Positions 48,767 through 58,350 of a DNA stretch of 64,000 nt are shown here, piece by piece. The notes under the pieces were generated by a model, which was given only the letters and a program-made list of their open reading frames with translations, was not told the DNA's origin and ran no database searches. The stretch is from a virus, in IMG/VR virus record IMGVR_UViG_3300021962_000060, positions 26,922 to 90,921 of that record; one strand, given 5' to 3'. Numbering within the stretch: position 1 is the first letter of the stretch; every line of letters starts with the position of its first letter. Position numbers and translations under genes: made by a program.

Positions 48767-49454
48767 ATGCTCCAATTGATCTAGTGTTAGAAATTTTATC
48801 ATAAAGCCATTCGCTAAATTCATCACTCAGTGCTGGAATTTGAGAAACATCGCCTCTTTGCTGAGCATTATCGGAGCCTGATAGGAATCTACCGACCTTT
48901 TCCATAGGAACTTCATTGATAATCCAATCCTTAATTGATTCAGGTATATTCAATACCTCAACCATTCCATGAGAAACAATAGCAATTTCTTCACGACTAT
49001 TAAGTTCTGTATATGCAAAATCCCATTCTAAAAGTAGTCTAAATATTTCTTGTAGAGTTCTAGCATGTTCTGTATGAAAACCTTCAATTGTTTTAATTTC
49101 ATCAATTTGGTTATCTAATTCAAAATACATTATATGGCCATAAGGCAGCGCTTCGATAATGGGGAAAATAGCCAACATATTGTCAAAACGAACATGGTGA
49201 TGTCCAGTTAAGCCATGAGGTTTCTCAAGACTACCACAAGTGCATTTTTCACCTAACCATTTGTGAAAACCCTGCGGCCCTTTAATAGAATTAGCGTCAC
49301 AGCGCAAATAGATTTTATCTTCTGTTTCAACTTGAATATTTGAAATCTCTACATGTTGTGCAATAGCAAAAAATCCAGGTACATCATTAATGCCAGGAAT
49401 TTTTTCCCAGAATCCAATTCGACCATGCTCTTTGGAACAATCACTAAGTTTCAT
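48732..49454 (-). CDS. Unknown protein, paralog of 27749..28498, coupled behind the fibre gene
   Basis: TAATG overlap with fibre stop; shared blocks; CTC/HHH insert. Confidence 0.75.
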   Translation of the reverse strand: MKLSDCSKEHGRIGFWEKIPGINDVPGFFAIAQHVEISNIQVETEDKIYLRCDANSIKGPQGFHKWLGEKCTCGSLEKPHGLTGHHHVRFDNMLAIFPIIEALPYGHIMYFELDNQIDEIKTIEGFHTEHARTLQEIFRLLLEWDFAYTELNSREEIAIVSHGMVEVLNIPESIKDWIINEVPMEKVGRFLSGSDNAQQRGDVSQIPALSDEFSEWLYDKISNTRSIGAYDADRNDAAGG

Positions 49455-52069
49455 TATGTAGCCCTAATAATAAATAAAATATTTGTAACTGGCGTTGTAT
49501 GAGTATGAGCCAAAGTAGAAGCATTAACAGTACTTGCTGTACCAGCTGTAAAGGTTGAGTTAACACCAGTTGTGGAGTTGTTATTAGCAGCAGCATTAGC
49601 GCCAGTTCTTCCACCTTCATTAGACAAATAGTGAACATGGTAAACATCAGCAACACCATTAGGACCAACTTGACTTCCGGTGCCAAAGTTTGCATTATAG
49701 TTGTGCGAGTGAGATCCTTCTCCGCCGGTATTGTTATTAGCACCAGAGTTTGGCTTAAAATAAACGTGCGTATGGTTTCCAACGTTTCCAGTATTAAAGT
49801 TTACATTGGCAAAATGGTGGTGCAAAGTAGATTCATTTGTTGTGCTTCCACTAAGAGGATGAGTATGAGCAGTAGCATTGCCAGCAGTAAAAGAGGAGTT
49901 TACTGTATGAGTGTGTGCATCAACGGCCGACGATGCGCTACTAGTTACCGTATCTGGAACCGTAGGTGTCCCAGTAATGCCCTCTGGAACTCTACCGGCG
50001 AAATCAGGAACTCTGAATGTTCCAGCACCTGCCGATCCATAGCGAGTACCAATAACATTTGACAATGAAGTATATGAACTTGTATTATACGCAGTACCAT
50101 CACACAGCAACCATCCTGCTGGGATTGTAGCAGTATTACCAGACCACATGATCACTCCGCCAATAGGCGTAAAGCCAGCGTATGCAGTGTCAACCGCAAC
50201 AGTAGCAGTCGAACCTTCAGCCGGAGTATGAGTGACACTAATACCTGTTCCGGCAGAAACATTTGACATATAATTACCTGTAGTATCAGTACCAAGTGCA
50301 ACTGAATTAGCAGCAATAGTTGCTACACCTGTATCAGAAATACTAATATCACCACTAATTGTAGTGTATGTAGGAACTCCTGAACTATTGGCAACAATAA
50401 CTTGCCCTGATGAACCGGATGCTAATTTTGAAAGAGCAACAGCTGCTGAAGAACTTATGTCGCCGTTTACAATGGTTCCATCAGCAATCATTGCTGACGT
50501 AACCGTACCGGAGTCAGAAGCTGTAATAATATTACCGTATGTGGAGCCATCATTTGTTAACTCCCATTTATCATTTGTTTCATTCCAGCGAATAAGCACA
50601 TTAGTAGATGTTCCACGCTCAACTTCAATGCCGGCATCTTCTGTTGGAGATCCAGTAGCATTATTATTAAGAATAATAATATTGTCATCAACTGTTAATG
50701 TTTCTGTGTTTACAGAAGTTGTTGTACCAGAAACTGTTAGGTTTCCAGTTACAACTAAATTGTCATCAACTGTAACTGTTCCACCGGATGAATCAATAGT
50801 TAAATTACCACTTGCAGTATCAATCTCATTTGATGCAGTAACTCCAATTTGAATGGCATCTAATGTAGCTCCAGCAAATGTAGGATTTGCTGAAGTATGA
50901 ATATCCTGTGGAAGAGAGAGTGTTACAGCGGCAGTTTCAGATCCCGATCCAGAGACAGTGATTTGATTGGCTGTTCCAGAAATTGTTGCAACATAATTGC
51001 CCGATGTATCAGTACCTAAATCAATAGCATCAGCAACCCATAAAGATCCATTATATTTTAAAAATTCACCGGAGCTAGGTGAAGGTAAACTTACATTATG
51101 TAGTTCATCAAGCTCATAACCATTCTGAGTAGCAACATAAATAATTCCATTATTAGTTGCTCTTACAACTACACCTATAAAAACAAGATGATCTGGAGCT
51201 GTTGGCTTAGTCTTAGTGAATGCACCATTCTCGCCAAGCCATAAAACATCACCAGCAGTATATCCAGTAGATAAATCAATACCATCAACATATCCACGTG
51301 TAATTACTGGACCATTTTGGCTAGCGGCTATGCTTGCACCAACAACACCAATAGTTTTAGATGATGTACTATCATTATTATTGTCAGCTCGTTTTACAGT
51401 AGCATGGTCTCCAGTTGCACCAAATAAATAAACACATGTGCCAGTAGTTAAAGTGTTAGCTTCGGCATTTTGAACATAAGAAACTAATGGAATATAACCA
51501 TTTATCCAAGATGTTCCATTATATGATAAAGACTGGAATTCTTCTGGCGAAGTTATAACAACATCTGTTAGACCATCTAAAGTAGTTGCACCACCACCGC
51601 CAGAAAGAAGATTAGTCCCCGCACCGCTAGCGCATGCGGTTAAGTCAATATAAGCACCTCTAGCGGAACCACCTTGCTCAAAAAATCTAATTTTATTTTG
51701 ATATGCATCAATTGTTATACCACCATCTAGAGTGGTATTCGCCTGAGGCTTTGCTAAAAAAAATTCACCACCTTCATCACCAGATGAATAATTTGATATA
51801 ATTTTTCCATTAACAGTTATACTATTAGAAATAGTAACATCACTTGGTAAACTAATCGTAAACACACCAGATGACTCACTAACGGATATCTGATTGGTAG
51901 TGCCAGCAATATTGCTTATCAACCTTGTGTTTACTACAATATTTGACGTATTTTTATAAAATAGTCTACCATCAGCATAATTTATTGCTAGTTCACCATG
52001 CTCTAAATTGTTTGATGCAGGGACATTGGAGGATGTACCACTATTTTTAATTTTTATAGTATTAGACAT
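49454..52069 (-). CDS. Fibre protein with tail-collar domain and HxH-rich tip
   Basis: GELAINYADG N-terminus; PIGGVIMW..IPAGWLLCDG..FRVPDF.GR collar; repeated HTH/HSH/HVH. Confidence 0.85.
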   Translation of the reverse strand: MSNTIKIKNSGTSSNVPASNNLEHGELAINYADGRLFYKNTSNIVVNTRLISNIAGTTNQISVSESSGVFTISLPSDVTISNSITVNGKIISNYSSGDEGGEFFLAKPQANTTLDGGITIDAYQNKIRFFEQGGSARGAYIDLTACASGAGTNLLSGGGGATTLDGLTDVVITSPEEFQSLSYNGTSWINGYIPLVSYVQNAEANTLTTGTCVYLFGATGDHATVKRADNNNDSTSSKTIGVVGASIAASQNGPVITRGYVDGIDLSTGYTAGDVLWLGENGAFTKTKPTAPDHLVFIGVVVRATNNGIIYVATQNGYELDELHNVSLPSPSSGEFLKYNGSLWVADAIDLGTDTSGNYVATISGTANQITVSGSGSETAAVTLSLPQDIHTSANPTFAGATLDAIQIGVTASNEIDTASGNLTIDSSGGTVTVDDNLVVTGNLTVSGTTTSVNTETLTVDDNIIILNNNATGSPTEDAGIEVERGTSTNVLIRWNETNDKWELTNDGSTYGNIITASDSGTVTSAMIADGTIVNGDISSSAAVALSKLASGSSGQVIVANSSGVPTYTTISGDISISDTGVATIAANSVALGTDTTGNYMSNVSAGTGISVTHTPAEGSTATVAVDTAYAGFTPIGGVIMWSGNTATIPAGWLLCDGTAYNTSSYTSLSNVIGTRYGSAGAGTFRVPDFAGRVPEGITGTPTVPDTVTSSASSAVDAHTHTVNSSFTAGNATAHTHPLSGSTTNESTLHHHFANVNFNTGNVGNHTHVYFKPNSGANNNTGGEGSHSHNYNANFGTGSQVGPNGVADVYHVHYLSNEGGRTGANAAANNNSTTGVNSTFTAGTASTVNASTLAHTHTTPVTNILFIIRAT

Positions 52070-52080
52070 CTAAACTCCTA

Positions 52081-53817
52081 TTAGAAAGTTCCTCCATCTA
52101 TTGTAACAAGATCAAGCGTGATACTGCTGATATTTCCACCAGTAATTGACACATTATTAGCATTTTGAGTAGCCATAGTGCCAAGCCCCAAAGTGGTTCT
52201 AGCGGCTGAAGCATCAGCATCATCAAGCAAAGTTCTTGCATATGAAGTTAAAGTTGCAACATCGAAAGTATCTAGGCCAGTAGCATAAATTAGACTATTA
52301 GCGGCAGTTGTGACATTAGCCAGCGCCGCTAAAGTTGCATCATAAGCCTGGACATTCGTGCCTATAGCAAGACCAAGATTAGTTCTCGCAGTACCAGCAT
52401 CAGTTGCGCCAGTGCCTCCGTATGCGACAGCGATAGCAGTGCCCTGCCAAACACCAGTACCGATTGTTCCAACCGATGTTAGGCTAGAACCAGTTACACC
52501 AGAGCCAAGAGTGGTTCCCGACAAAACAGTAACTCCATTAATCTTATACTCTTTACCAGTTAAAAGATTAAGGTGTTCCGAAGAAGTCCAAGAGTCAGTA
52601 GCATCAACCCAGTTGAATGTCTTATCAGTTGTACCCTTCAGAGTAATACCACCGCCATCAGCGCCAGCATCAGACGGAGTGTAAGAATCGGAAGCAGAAC
52701 CTAATTCAAGATTCTTATCATCAACAGTGATAGTAGTAGAATTAATTGTAGTAACTGTTCCATTAACAGTTAAGTTGCCTGTAACAGTAGCATTACCGCC
52801 AACAGACAGATCGGTTGTAATAGTAACACTAGACGGCAATCCAATAGTCACAGAGCCGGTAGAGTTATTAACCTCAACCTCATTTGCGGTTCCAGTAATC
52901 GAAGTAACACCGGCGTTAGTAACGGTAAAAGTACCGCCTTCAGTACCCGTATTAGACAGACTGATCCCAGTTCCTGCCGAAATAGAACCAACATAATCAC
53001 CAGTAGTATCGGTGCCAAGAGCAACCGAGTTAGCAGCAACAGTCGCATTTAAAGTAGCACTACCAAGATTTGTAATAGTAACATTACCAGTAAGATCACC
53101 ACCAAGGGTTATTGTGAAGTCAGCAACATCTAAGTTAAGTTTTGAATTAGCATCATCATAAGTAGCTCCAATACCACTATGGGTTCCATTAGTAAAAAGA
53201 GCAGCAGCGGCATCTTGGGCATCTTCAGTAAATCCACTAATTTGACCGGCATTGATTGAAATAGTTGTATTCCCAGCAGCGGTCAAACGACCATACGAAT
53301 CAACAGTAAAAGTAGCAACAGTGCCGGCTCCACCATACGATCCAAGAGTAACACCTGTAGTAGTTAAGGAAAGATCAATAGCGCCATCGCCAGCATCATC
53401 ATAAGAAGCAGATATACCAGTATGACTACCATTAGTAACAAATTGACCGCCAACAACATCCTGCACCTGCTCGGAACTAACAGTAGCTCCAGAAACAGCA
53501 GCGTCAACATAAGCAGTAGTAGCTACCGCAGTTGAATTATTATTAGGACTTTTAGTTGCAGCAATAGCGCTTGAACCAAGATCAACCGTTCCAGAAAAAG
53601 TCTTATTACCAGTAATGGTCTGGACACCGGACAGGGTTAAGAATGCACCACTGCCTCCAATGGAAATGACAGTATTCGCATCGCCATTGATATCAGTTCC
53701 AAAACCATAATATAAAACATTATCGACTTCATTAAATGCCAGTTCAGCATTCTTCAAAGAAGCGGGTGCGCCAGAAGCACCACTAGCCCTTCTTTTGATT
53801 CTAATTGTATTAGACAT
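52081..53817 (-). CDS. Fibre protein
   Basis: AELAFN N-terminus, G/T/A-rich repeats, GGTGAT..ARTNLGL, IDGGTF end. Confidence 0.8.
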   Translation of the reverse strand: MSNTIRIKRRASGASGAPASLKNAELAFNEVDNVLYYGFGTDINGDANTVISIGGSGAFLTLSGVQTITGNKTFSGTVDLGSSAIAATKSPNNNSTAVATTAYVDAAVSGATVSSEQVQDVVGGQFVTNGSHTGISASYDDAGDGAIDLSLTTTGVTLGSYGGAGTVATFTVDSYGRLTAAGNTTISINAGQISGFTEDAQDAAAALFTNGTHSGIGATYDDANSKLNLDVADFTITLGGDLTGNVTITNLGSATLNATVAANSVALGTDTTGDYVGSISAGTGISLSNTGTEGGTFTVTNAGVTSITGTANEVEVNNSTGSVTIGLPSSVTITTDLSVGGNATVTGNLTVNGTVTTINSTTITVDDKNLELGSASDSYTPSDAGADGGGITLKGTTDKTFNWVDATDSWTSSEHLNLLTGKEYKINGVTVLSGTTLGSGVTGSSLTSVGTIGTGVWQGTAIAVAYGGTGATDAGTARTNLGLAIGTNVQAYDATLAALANVTTAANSLIYATGLDTFDVATLTSYARTLLDDADASAARTTLGLGTMATQNANNVSITGGNISSITLDLVTIDGGTF

Positions 53818-54110
53818 TAATAATTACCTCCATTAACGGTGTGACCTGTTGATGGATGAACATGATCAGACCTAGATGCTGTTATCGCAACCCCAGCGCT
53901 ACCTGTATTGGCTAACTCTGTAGGTATTGAATCACTAAATTGTAAACTTGCTGGTACAGTAATTGTAGCAGAAGAAGTATTCAAAATAGTAATTTCTGAA
54001 TTTGTACTTGTATTTGTACCAGATTGTATGATTGTTACATCATTGGTTGAAACAGTAAGGATCGTTGAATCGTTACCAATGACTGTTAAAGTAGTTATGT
54101 CACCCGGCAC
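53817..54110 (-). CDS. Small virion fibre-associated protein
   Basis: ASRSDHVHP motif, NGGNY end. Confidence 0.6.
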   Translation of the reverse strand: MPGDITTLTVIGNDSTILTVSTNDVTIIQSGTNTSTNSEITILNTSSATITVPASLQFSDSIPTELANTGSAGVAITASRSDHVHPSTGHTVNGGNY

Positions 54111-54438
54111 GTGTAACCTCTCCTTGTACCGTAGCCTTACCTGCTATTAAAGTGGTAATAACAGTACCATTAGTTTCTTGAAGATCATAATAGTAAACAC
54201 CGCTTCTAATATTGGATGTGACATTTGGTAACAAAGAGAATTGCAAAACCCCGTTTGGGCCATCAGTTATTGACGTTGTGAACGTAGCAACAATGGTATC
54301 AGAAGTCTTTGTTTTTCTAACTTGGCCCGAATAAGTCCTAGTTGATATATTAATATTGGCATTAGCGCTATTACGTAACTTAACTTCATGTAAGTATGTA
54401 TCTCCTTGATAAATAATAATATTTCTTTCAGCAGCCAT
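54100..54438 (-). CDS. Ig-like (BppU-N-like) virion protein
   Basis: IYQGDT...QVR...YYYDLQ...G. Confidence 0.65.
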   Translation of the reverse strand: MAAERNIIIYQGDTYLHEVKLRNSANANINISTRTYSGQVRKTKTSDTIVATFTTSITDGPNGVLQFSLLPNVTSNIRSGVYYYDLQETNGTVITTLIAGKATVQGEVTRAG

Positions 54439-54487
54439 ATCTAATCCTCATAATATGATACACCAAATATTGTTATAAACGCATAAA

Positions 54488-54871
54488 TCAATCTAAAGTA
54501 ACTGTCAAATTGCCAGATGATATAGAAACGGTATCGCCAGAACTTACGCTTCGACTAGATGCCAAAGTCCCCCAGTACAATAAATTTCCAGATGTTAAAC
54601 TATCAAGAACGCCTATTGCAGTCACAACACATGTTGGCATTGTTGTAAAATTGACATTCACATTGCTACTTGCTGAGCCAGAAGAGGCAGCAGAAAAAGT
54701 TACAACCTGTCTAGAGTAAGAACCACCAGTTACTTCTACACCACCACCAGTATCAGATGGTGATGTGGTATATAGTGCTACATAAACAGCACTAGGTTTA
54801 GTATATGTAGTTGTACCTAAAGAATGATCTATAAGTTTATTTTCTAAATAATTTGATGCGGAACCCGCCAT
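54488..54871 (-). CDS. Virion structural protein
   Basis: SNYLENKL, VYVALYT, EVTGGSYSRQ, GNLLYWG. Confidence 0.7.
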   Translation of the reverse strand: MAGSASNYLENKLIDHSLGTTTYTKPSAVYVALYTTSPSDTGGGVEVTGGSYSRQVVTFSAASSGSASSNVNVNFTTMPTCVVTAIGVLDSLTSGNLLYWGTLASSRSVSSGDTVSISSGNLTVTLD

Positions 54872-54873
54872 GA

Positions 54874-55173
54874 TCAACTCTTTTTCAAATACTCTTCAAG
54901 CTCAATCTGATCTAGCAACCTGAAGTTATCGAGTTTTAATAGACGATCCGCCTCTTCATTCGGAATTAAATGAATAGGGTCTTCTCTTGAAAAGATATAT
55001 CCATTAGCAGTAATGTAAGCAGCGCCGCAAGAAAAATAAATATATTTAAATCCTTCATTGGACTTAACAATAGATGATTCCACATCTTTTTTAGGCTTAG
55101 GAGTTGTTTTCGCAGTAGTTTTTTTTGCAGGCTTGGGATCAACTGCATCAGAAGTAATAATATTTTCAGTCAT
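54874..55173 (-). CDS. Small capsid-adjacent protein (Lys/Pro linker + YqbF-like domain)
   Basis: Follows MCP; TGA-TACAAT 6 nt before ATG; domain aligns to the GT C-terminus. Confidence 0.75.
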   Translation of the reverse strand: MTENIITSDAVDPKPAKKTTAKTTPKPKKDVESSIVKSNEGFKYIYFSCGAAYITANGYIFSREDPIHLIPNEEADRLLKLDNFRLLDQIELEEYLKKS

Positions 55174-55210
55174 AATATAATTGTATCACAATTTAACTTA
55201 TACAAAGCAA

Positions 55211-55234
55211 AAGCCCCAGTTTTCACTGGGGCTT
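55211..55234 (-). terminator. Intrinsic terminator after major capsid
   Basis: AAGCCCCAGT-GAAA-ACTGGGGCTT followed by TTGCTTT on the minus strand. Confidence 0.85.
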
Positions 55235-55272
55235 CCACCGAACATTATGTGTAACTATAACGTCCTAAGGTA

Positions 55273-56304
55273 TCAGAGGCTACGAAGCTTAACGTTCTTA
55301 GCAATCACATACGAATCAGCATTCTCAATGTTGGAAGCAACTCGCATATACTGCGTATACTCAATAGTGTCAGTCTTCGGCTTGAACTGGCGGTACACCG
55401 TGATGTCACGATGGATACCAATCACACGGTTATTCGGGAACGTAAGCTCCACATAACCATGCGAACCAGCAGCACCCGAGTAGTCACCGCTAACAGCCTC
55501 AGGCATCAACGGAACCTCAACCAACGGAATACCGAAGGGGGCGATTCCAGTAGCACCCGCACCACCATTCGCACGCATCGCACCCGTCAAGAACGCAGTG
55601 TCGCCAATCATAGAGCCAGGCGAAGGCGCACCAGCAGTAGCAGCAGTAGCGCTGTTGGGATTAGACAGGCTGAAGATGGTGTCCTGAACAACGCCAGCAC
55701 CAGAGAAGAACTTCAACTCGTTGCGACGCTGCAGGTACTTAGCCGGCAAGTTACGAAGAATGCGATCATAAGTCGCACGCGACACGTTGTTGCCAGCCTC
55801 ATCAACGGTACGACCGTCAGTGATAGCCAACTTGACAAAGCCATTAAGAGCCTTAAGCAAGGTGTTGTTGGACGAGGTGTTGCCATTGATGAAAAGATCG
55901 TCCATGTCATTCGCCGTCTGACGGGCCATGACCTGAGCGATGTGATCCTCAAGCGAGGCTCCCTCAATATTGTCCTCAAGGGACTCGGTGCTGATCGCCC
56001 AGTCAAGACGAAGCTTGACGGTGCTCAAAGACACCTTAGTAAAGGTAACGGCGGCATTAGCGCCGGTGTCAGTCGCCTCGGTAGCTTTTGCAAGCAAACG
56101 GGTTCCAACGGAGAGCTTGTCAATCTCCATCTGGGGGGTACGCATGCGAACCACTCGCGAGTTCTGCATAAGAACCGACTGATCAATAACGAAGTCAATA
56201 AAACGATTCGACTGCGCCGGCTTCATCAAACCACCACTATCGTTGTTCACAACGCTAGTGGTGACTTCATCTGCCTTGGATAAAATTTCATTCTGAGTTG
56301 CCAT
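55273..56304 (-). CDS. Major capsid protein (HK97 fold)
   Basis: GGLM.P.Q..RFID, ESLEDNIEG, DLFING; AGGAGG RBS; strong codon bias. Confidence 0.9.
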   Translation of the reverse strand: MATQNEILSKADEVTTSVVNNDSGGLMKPAQSNRFIDFVIDQSVLMQNSRVVRMRTPQMEIDKLSVGTRLLAKATEATDTGANAAVTFTKVSLSTVKLRLDWAISTESLEDNIEGASLEDHIAQVMARQTANDMDDLFINGNTSSNNTLLKALNGFVKLAITDGRTVDEAGNNVSRATYDRILRNLPAKYLQRRNELKFFSGAGVVQDTIFSLSNPNSATAATAGAPSPGSMIGDTAFLTGAMRANGGAGATGIAPFGIPLVEVPLMPEAVSGDYSGAAGSHGYVELTFPNNRVIGIHRDITVYRQFKPKTDTIEYTQYMRVASNIENADSYVIAKNVKLRSL

Positions 56305-56319
56305 ATTTAATTCCTCCTA

Positions 56320-58047
56320 TTATGACTCATAACCAAGGGCAGTGATCAAGCCCTGGGGTAAATAAACGTTGTTCCAGATAGAAGCCGGAGCCGACTTGAC
56401 AATAACCTCGTCATCCTCTTCTTCCACATCAACACTCTTCTTGATAGCACCAGAAGCGGCAATTGCCTTAACAGTCTCTTCCTGCTCAGCCAAAGCCTTC
56501 TCAGTTGCGCTCAACTTCTCTTCAAGTTCAGTCTTCTGAACTTCAAAACTCTTTGAAATGCTGTCAATCTTTTCCTGAACAGCAACTTCAACCTCTTCCT
56601 TAATCGAAGTAGCGAAGTTAGCCAGTTTCTCGTCAACTACAGCACCAAGAGCATCCTTAAGGATTTCAATATCCATTTCTTCCTCCAATGTGTTCTCAGT
56701 TACTTCAACTTTAGATTCTGTTGAAGCTGTCTCTTCTACATCTTGAACAAGCCAATTAACAAAACGCTTAAGAAGCGAAAGTTTCTTATACTCTTGCTCA
56801 TCCATGTTTAAGATCGTATCATATTCTACATCATTTTGCAATGACTGGTCTTGCGTTTTAAAGATTTCTTTGCTCTCATCTAATTCAACAGAATCTTGCA
56901 TTTCTAAAATCTCATTCAACAATTCAATAATATCATTTTCACTAGCATCTAGTTTATTATTTTCAATATTTATACTATCTAGATCCAAAGTAACAGAATC
57001 ATCTTTTATCATATTTGACTCCCTTTTAACTTTAATCTTCTTTCTTCTTCTGGGCTTCATAGCTGAAGGTTCCTGAGTATATCCCTGAGTAGGATTGGCA
57101 ATTCCAGATCCCATTGATCCAGTAGAAATCTCGCCCTCTTTTTCAACAGAACATCCGCAAGAGCATTCCTGCTTTTCAATATCAAAATCAGACTCAGACT
57201 TGGTAGTGCAATTATTTAAAGTTTCAGTTTTTGATCTAGCCCAAGCCCATCCAGCATCTCCACCCCATAGATTCCAAGCAATACGACCATTTGATGGGTA
57301 TCCTTCTTCACCAGGGTTCCAGCCTTTACCTTGCTTATCAACTTCATGGCGCGGAAAGTATTTAGCAACTTTCCTTACAAACTCAGGAGTTGCCTTACCA
57401 CCAGCTGCAAGCCTACGAGCAGATCCAAGACCGACACTAGTACCACCTCGACCATGCTCTTTTCTTTGATTAAGACCAGCCTGAGCCGCCTTCCTAACAG
57501 CATCGGGAATTGTAAGATCAATATCATTGCAATCAACTTTTAATATATAATCCAATTCACCATCATTTGACATCTTAACTATATCAATAACAGCAATTTG
57601 ATTTGCAGGATTGTCAACTAAACTTAATTCACCAAGTTCATATCTTTTAATCACATTAGCCGGCTTTCCTCTAAAAACTTTTTTAGTATCAACTTCTTTT
57701 TCAAGAATACGACCGCCTATAGAAAAAGCACGTAAAGTGCCATCAAGAACTTTTTCCCAAGTATCTTGAGCACCTTTAGAAATATAAGCCTCTACTCTGA
57801 TAGCATTAAACTCTTCACCGTCAGCATTTTTAATTTTTACTGGTTCATAATTAATAGCTTTGCCAACAGCAATCGGAGAATGCATTTCTCTTATATTGCC
57901 GGCCCAGTTCTTAAAAGCAAGCAAAGATGCGTTAAAATCAACAATATCTCCGGCTTTATCAATATTGTCAGCAGTAGCAATACCAACAACAATTCTTTCT
58001 TCTTTTTTCACCATAGAAATGGGAAACATTAAATTAAAATTTTCCAT
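56320..58047 (-). CDS. Prohead protease/scaffold fusion with inserted domain
   Basis: IREMH, AFSIGG, ELSLVDNPAN; central PSNGRIAWNLWGGDAG domain; acidic coiled-coil C-terminus. Confidence 0.88.
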   Translation of the reverse strand: MENFNLMFPISMVKKEERIVVGIATADNIDKAGDIVDFNASLLAFKNWAGNIREMHSPIAVGKAINYEPVKIKNADGEEFNAIRVEAYISKGAQDTWEKVLDGTLRAFSIGGRILEKEVDTKKVFRGKPANVIKRYELGELSLVDNPANQIAVIDIVKMSNDGELDYILKVDCNDIDLTIPDAVRKAAQAGLNQRKEHGRGGTSVGLGSARRLAAGGKATPEFVRKVAKYFPRHEVDKQGKGWNPGEEGYPSNGRIAWNLWGGDAGWAWARSKTETLNNCTTKSESDFDIEKQECSCGCSVEKEGEISTGSMGSGIANPTQGYTQEPSAMKPRRRKKIKVKRESNMIKDDSVTLDLDSINIENNKLDASENDIIELLNEILEMQDSVELDESKEIFKTQDQSLQNDVEYDTILNMDEQEYKKLSLLKRFVNWLVQDVEETASTESKVEVTENTLEEEMDIEILKDALGAVVDEKLANFATSIKEEVEVAVQEKIDSISKSFEVQKTELEEKLSATEKALAEQEETVKAIAASGAIKKSVDVEEEDDEVIVKSAPASIWNNVYLPQGLITALGYES

Positions 58048-58087
58048 ATAGACCTCTATAATAATGTATTTTTATTTAAAATACAAA

Positions 58088-58348
58088 TTAACCTATTGCA
58101 TACACAGCTAAAGTTACATTCGCAGTAAGGATTTCAAACTTTGTGAAATCTCCAATGATCTCTGTGTACCCACCACCATGAACTGCATGCGGAATCAAAA
58201 CAGTATGCGGACCACCATTCAACCTTACAGTTGCATTGTTATTGACATCCGTGTTGTAAAAATATATAGCATCAGTATGATGATTGGTTGATACAGCGCC
58301 ATTTGCACTAGTAACACCGGTTGCGGAATAAACAATTCCAGTTGCCAT
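58088..58348 (-). CDS. Small beta-rich protein in the head module
   Basis: GGAGG RBS, between portal and protease. Confidence 0.7.
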   Translation of the reverse strand: MATGIVYSATGVTSANGAVSTNHHTDAIYFYNTDVNNNATVRLNGGPHTVLIPHAVHGGGYTEIIGDFTKFEILTANVTLAVYAIG

Positions 58349-58350
58349 TA

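Noticed and set aside
49444-49782. 112-aa alternative-frame ORF in the fibre tip; possible DGR target
   Set aside because: Low-complexity frame artefact; no reverse transcriptase or adenine-variable repeat pair seen
55411-56283. 290-aa plus-strand ORF
   Set aside because: Antisense shadow of the codon-biased major capsid gene; no RBS or recognisable motifs
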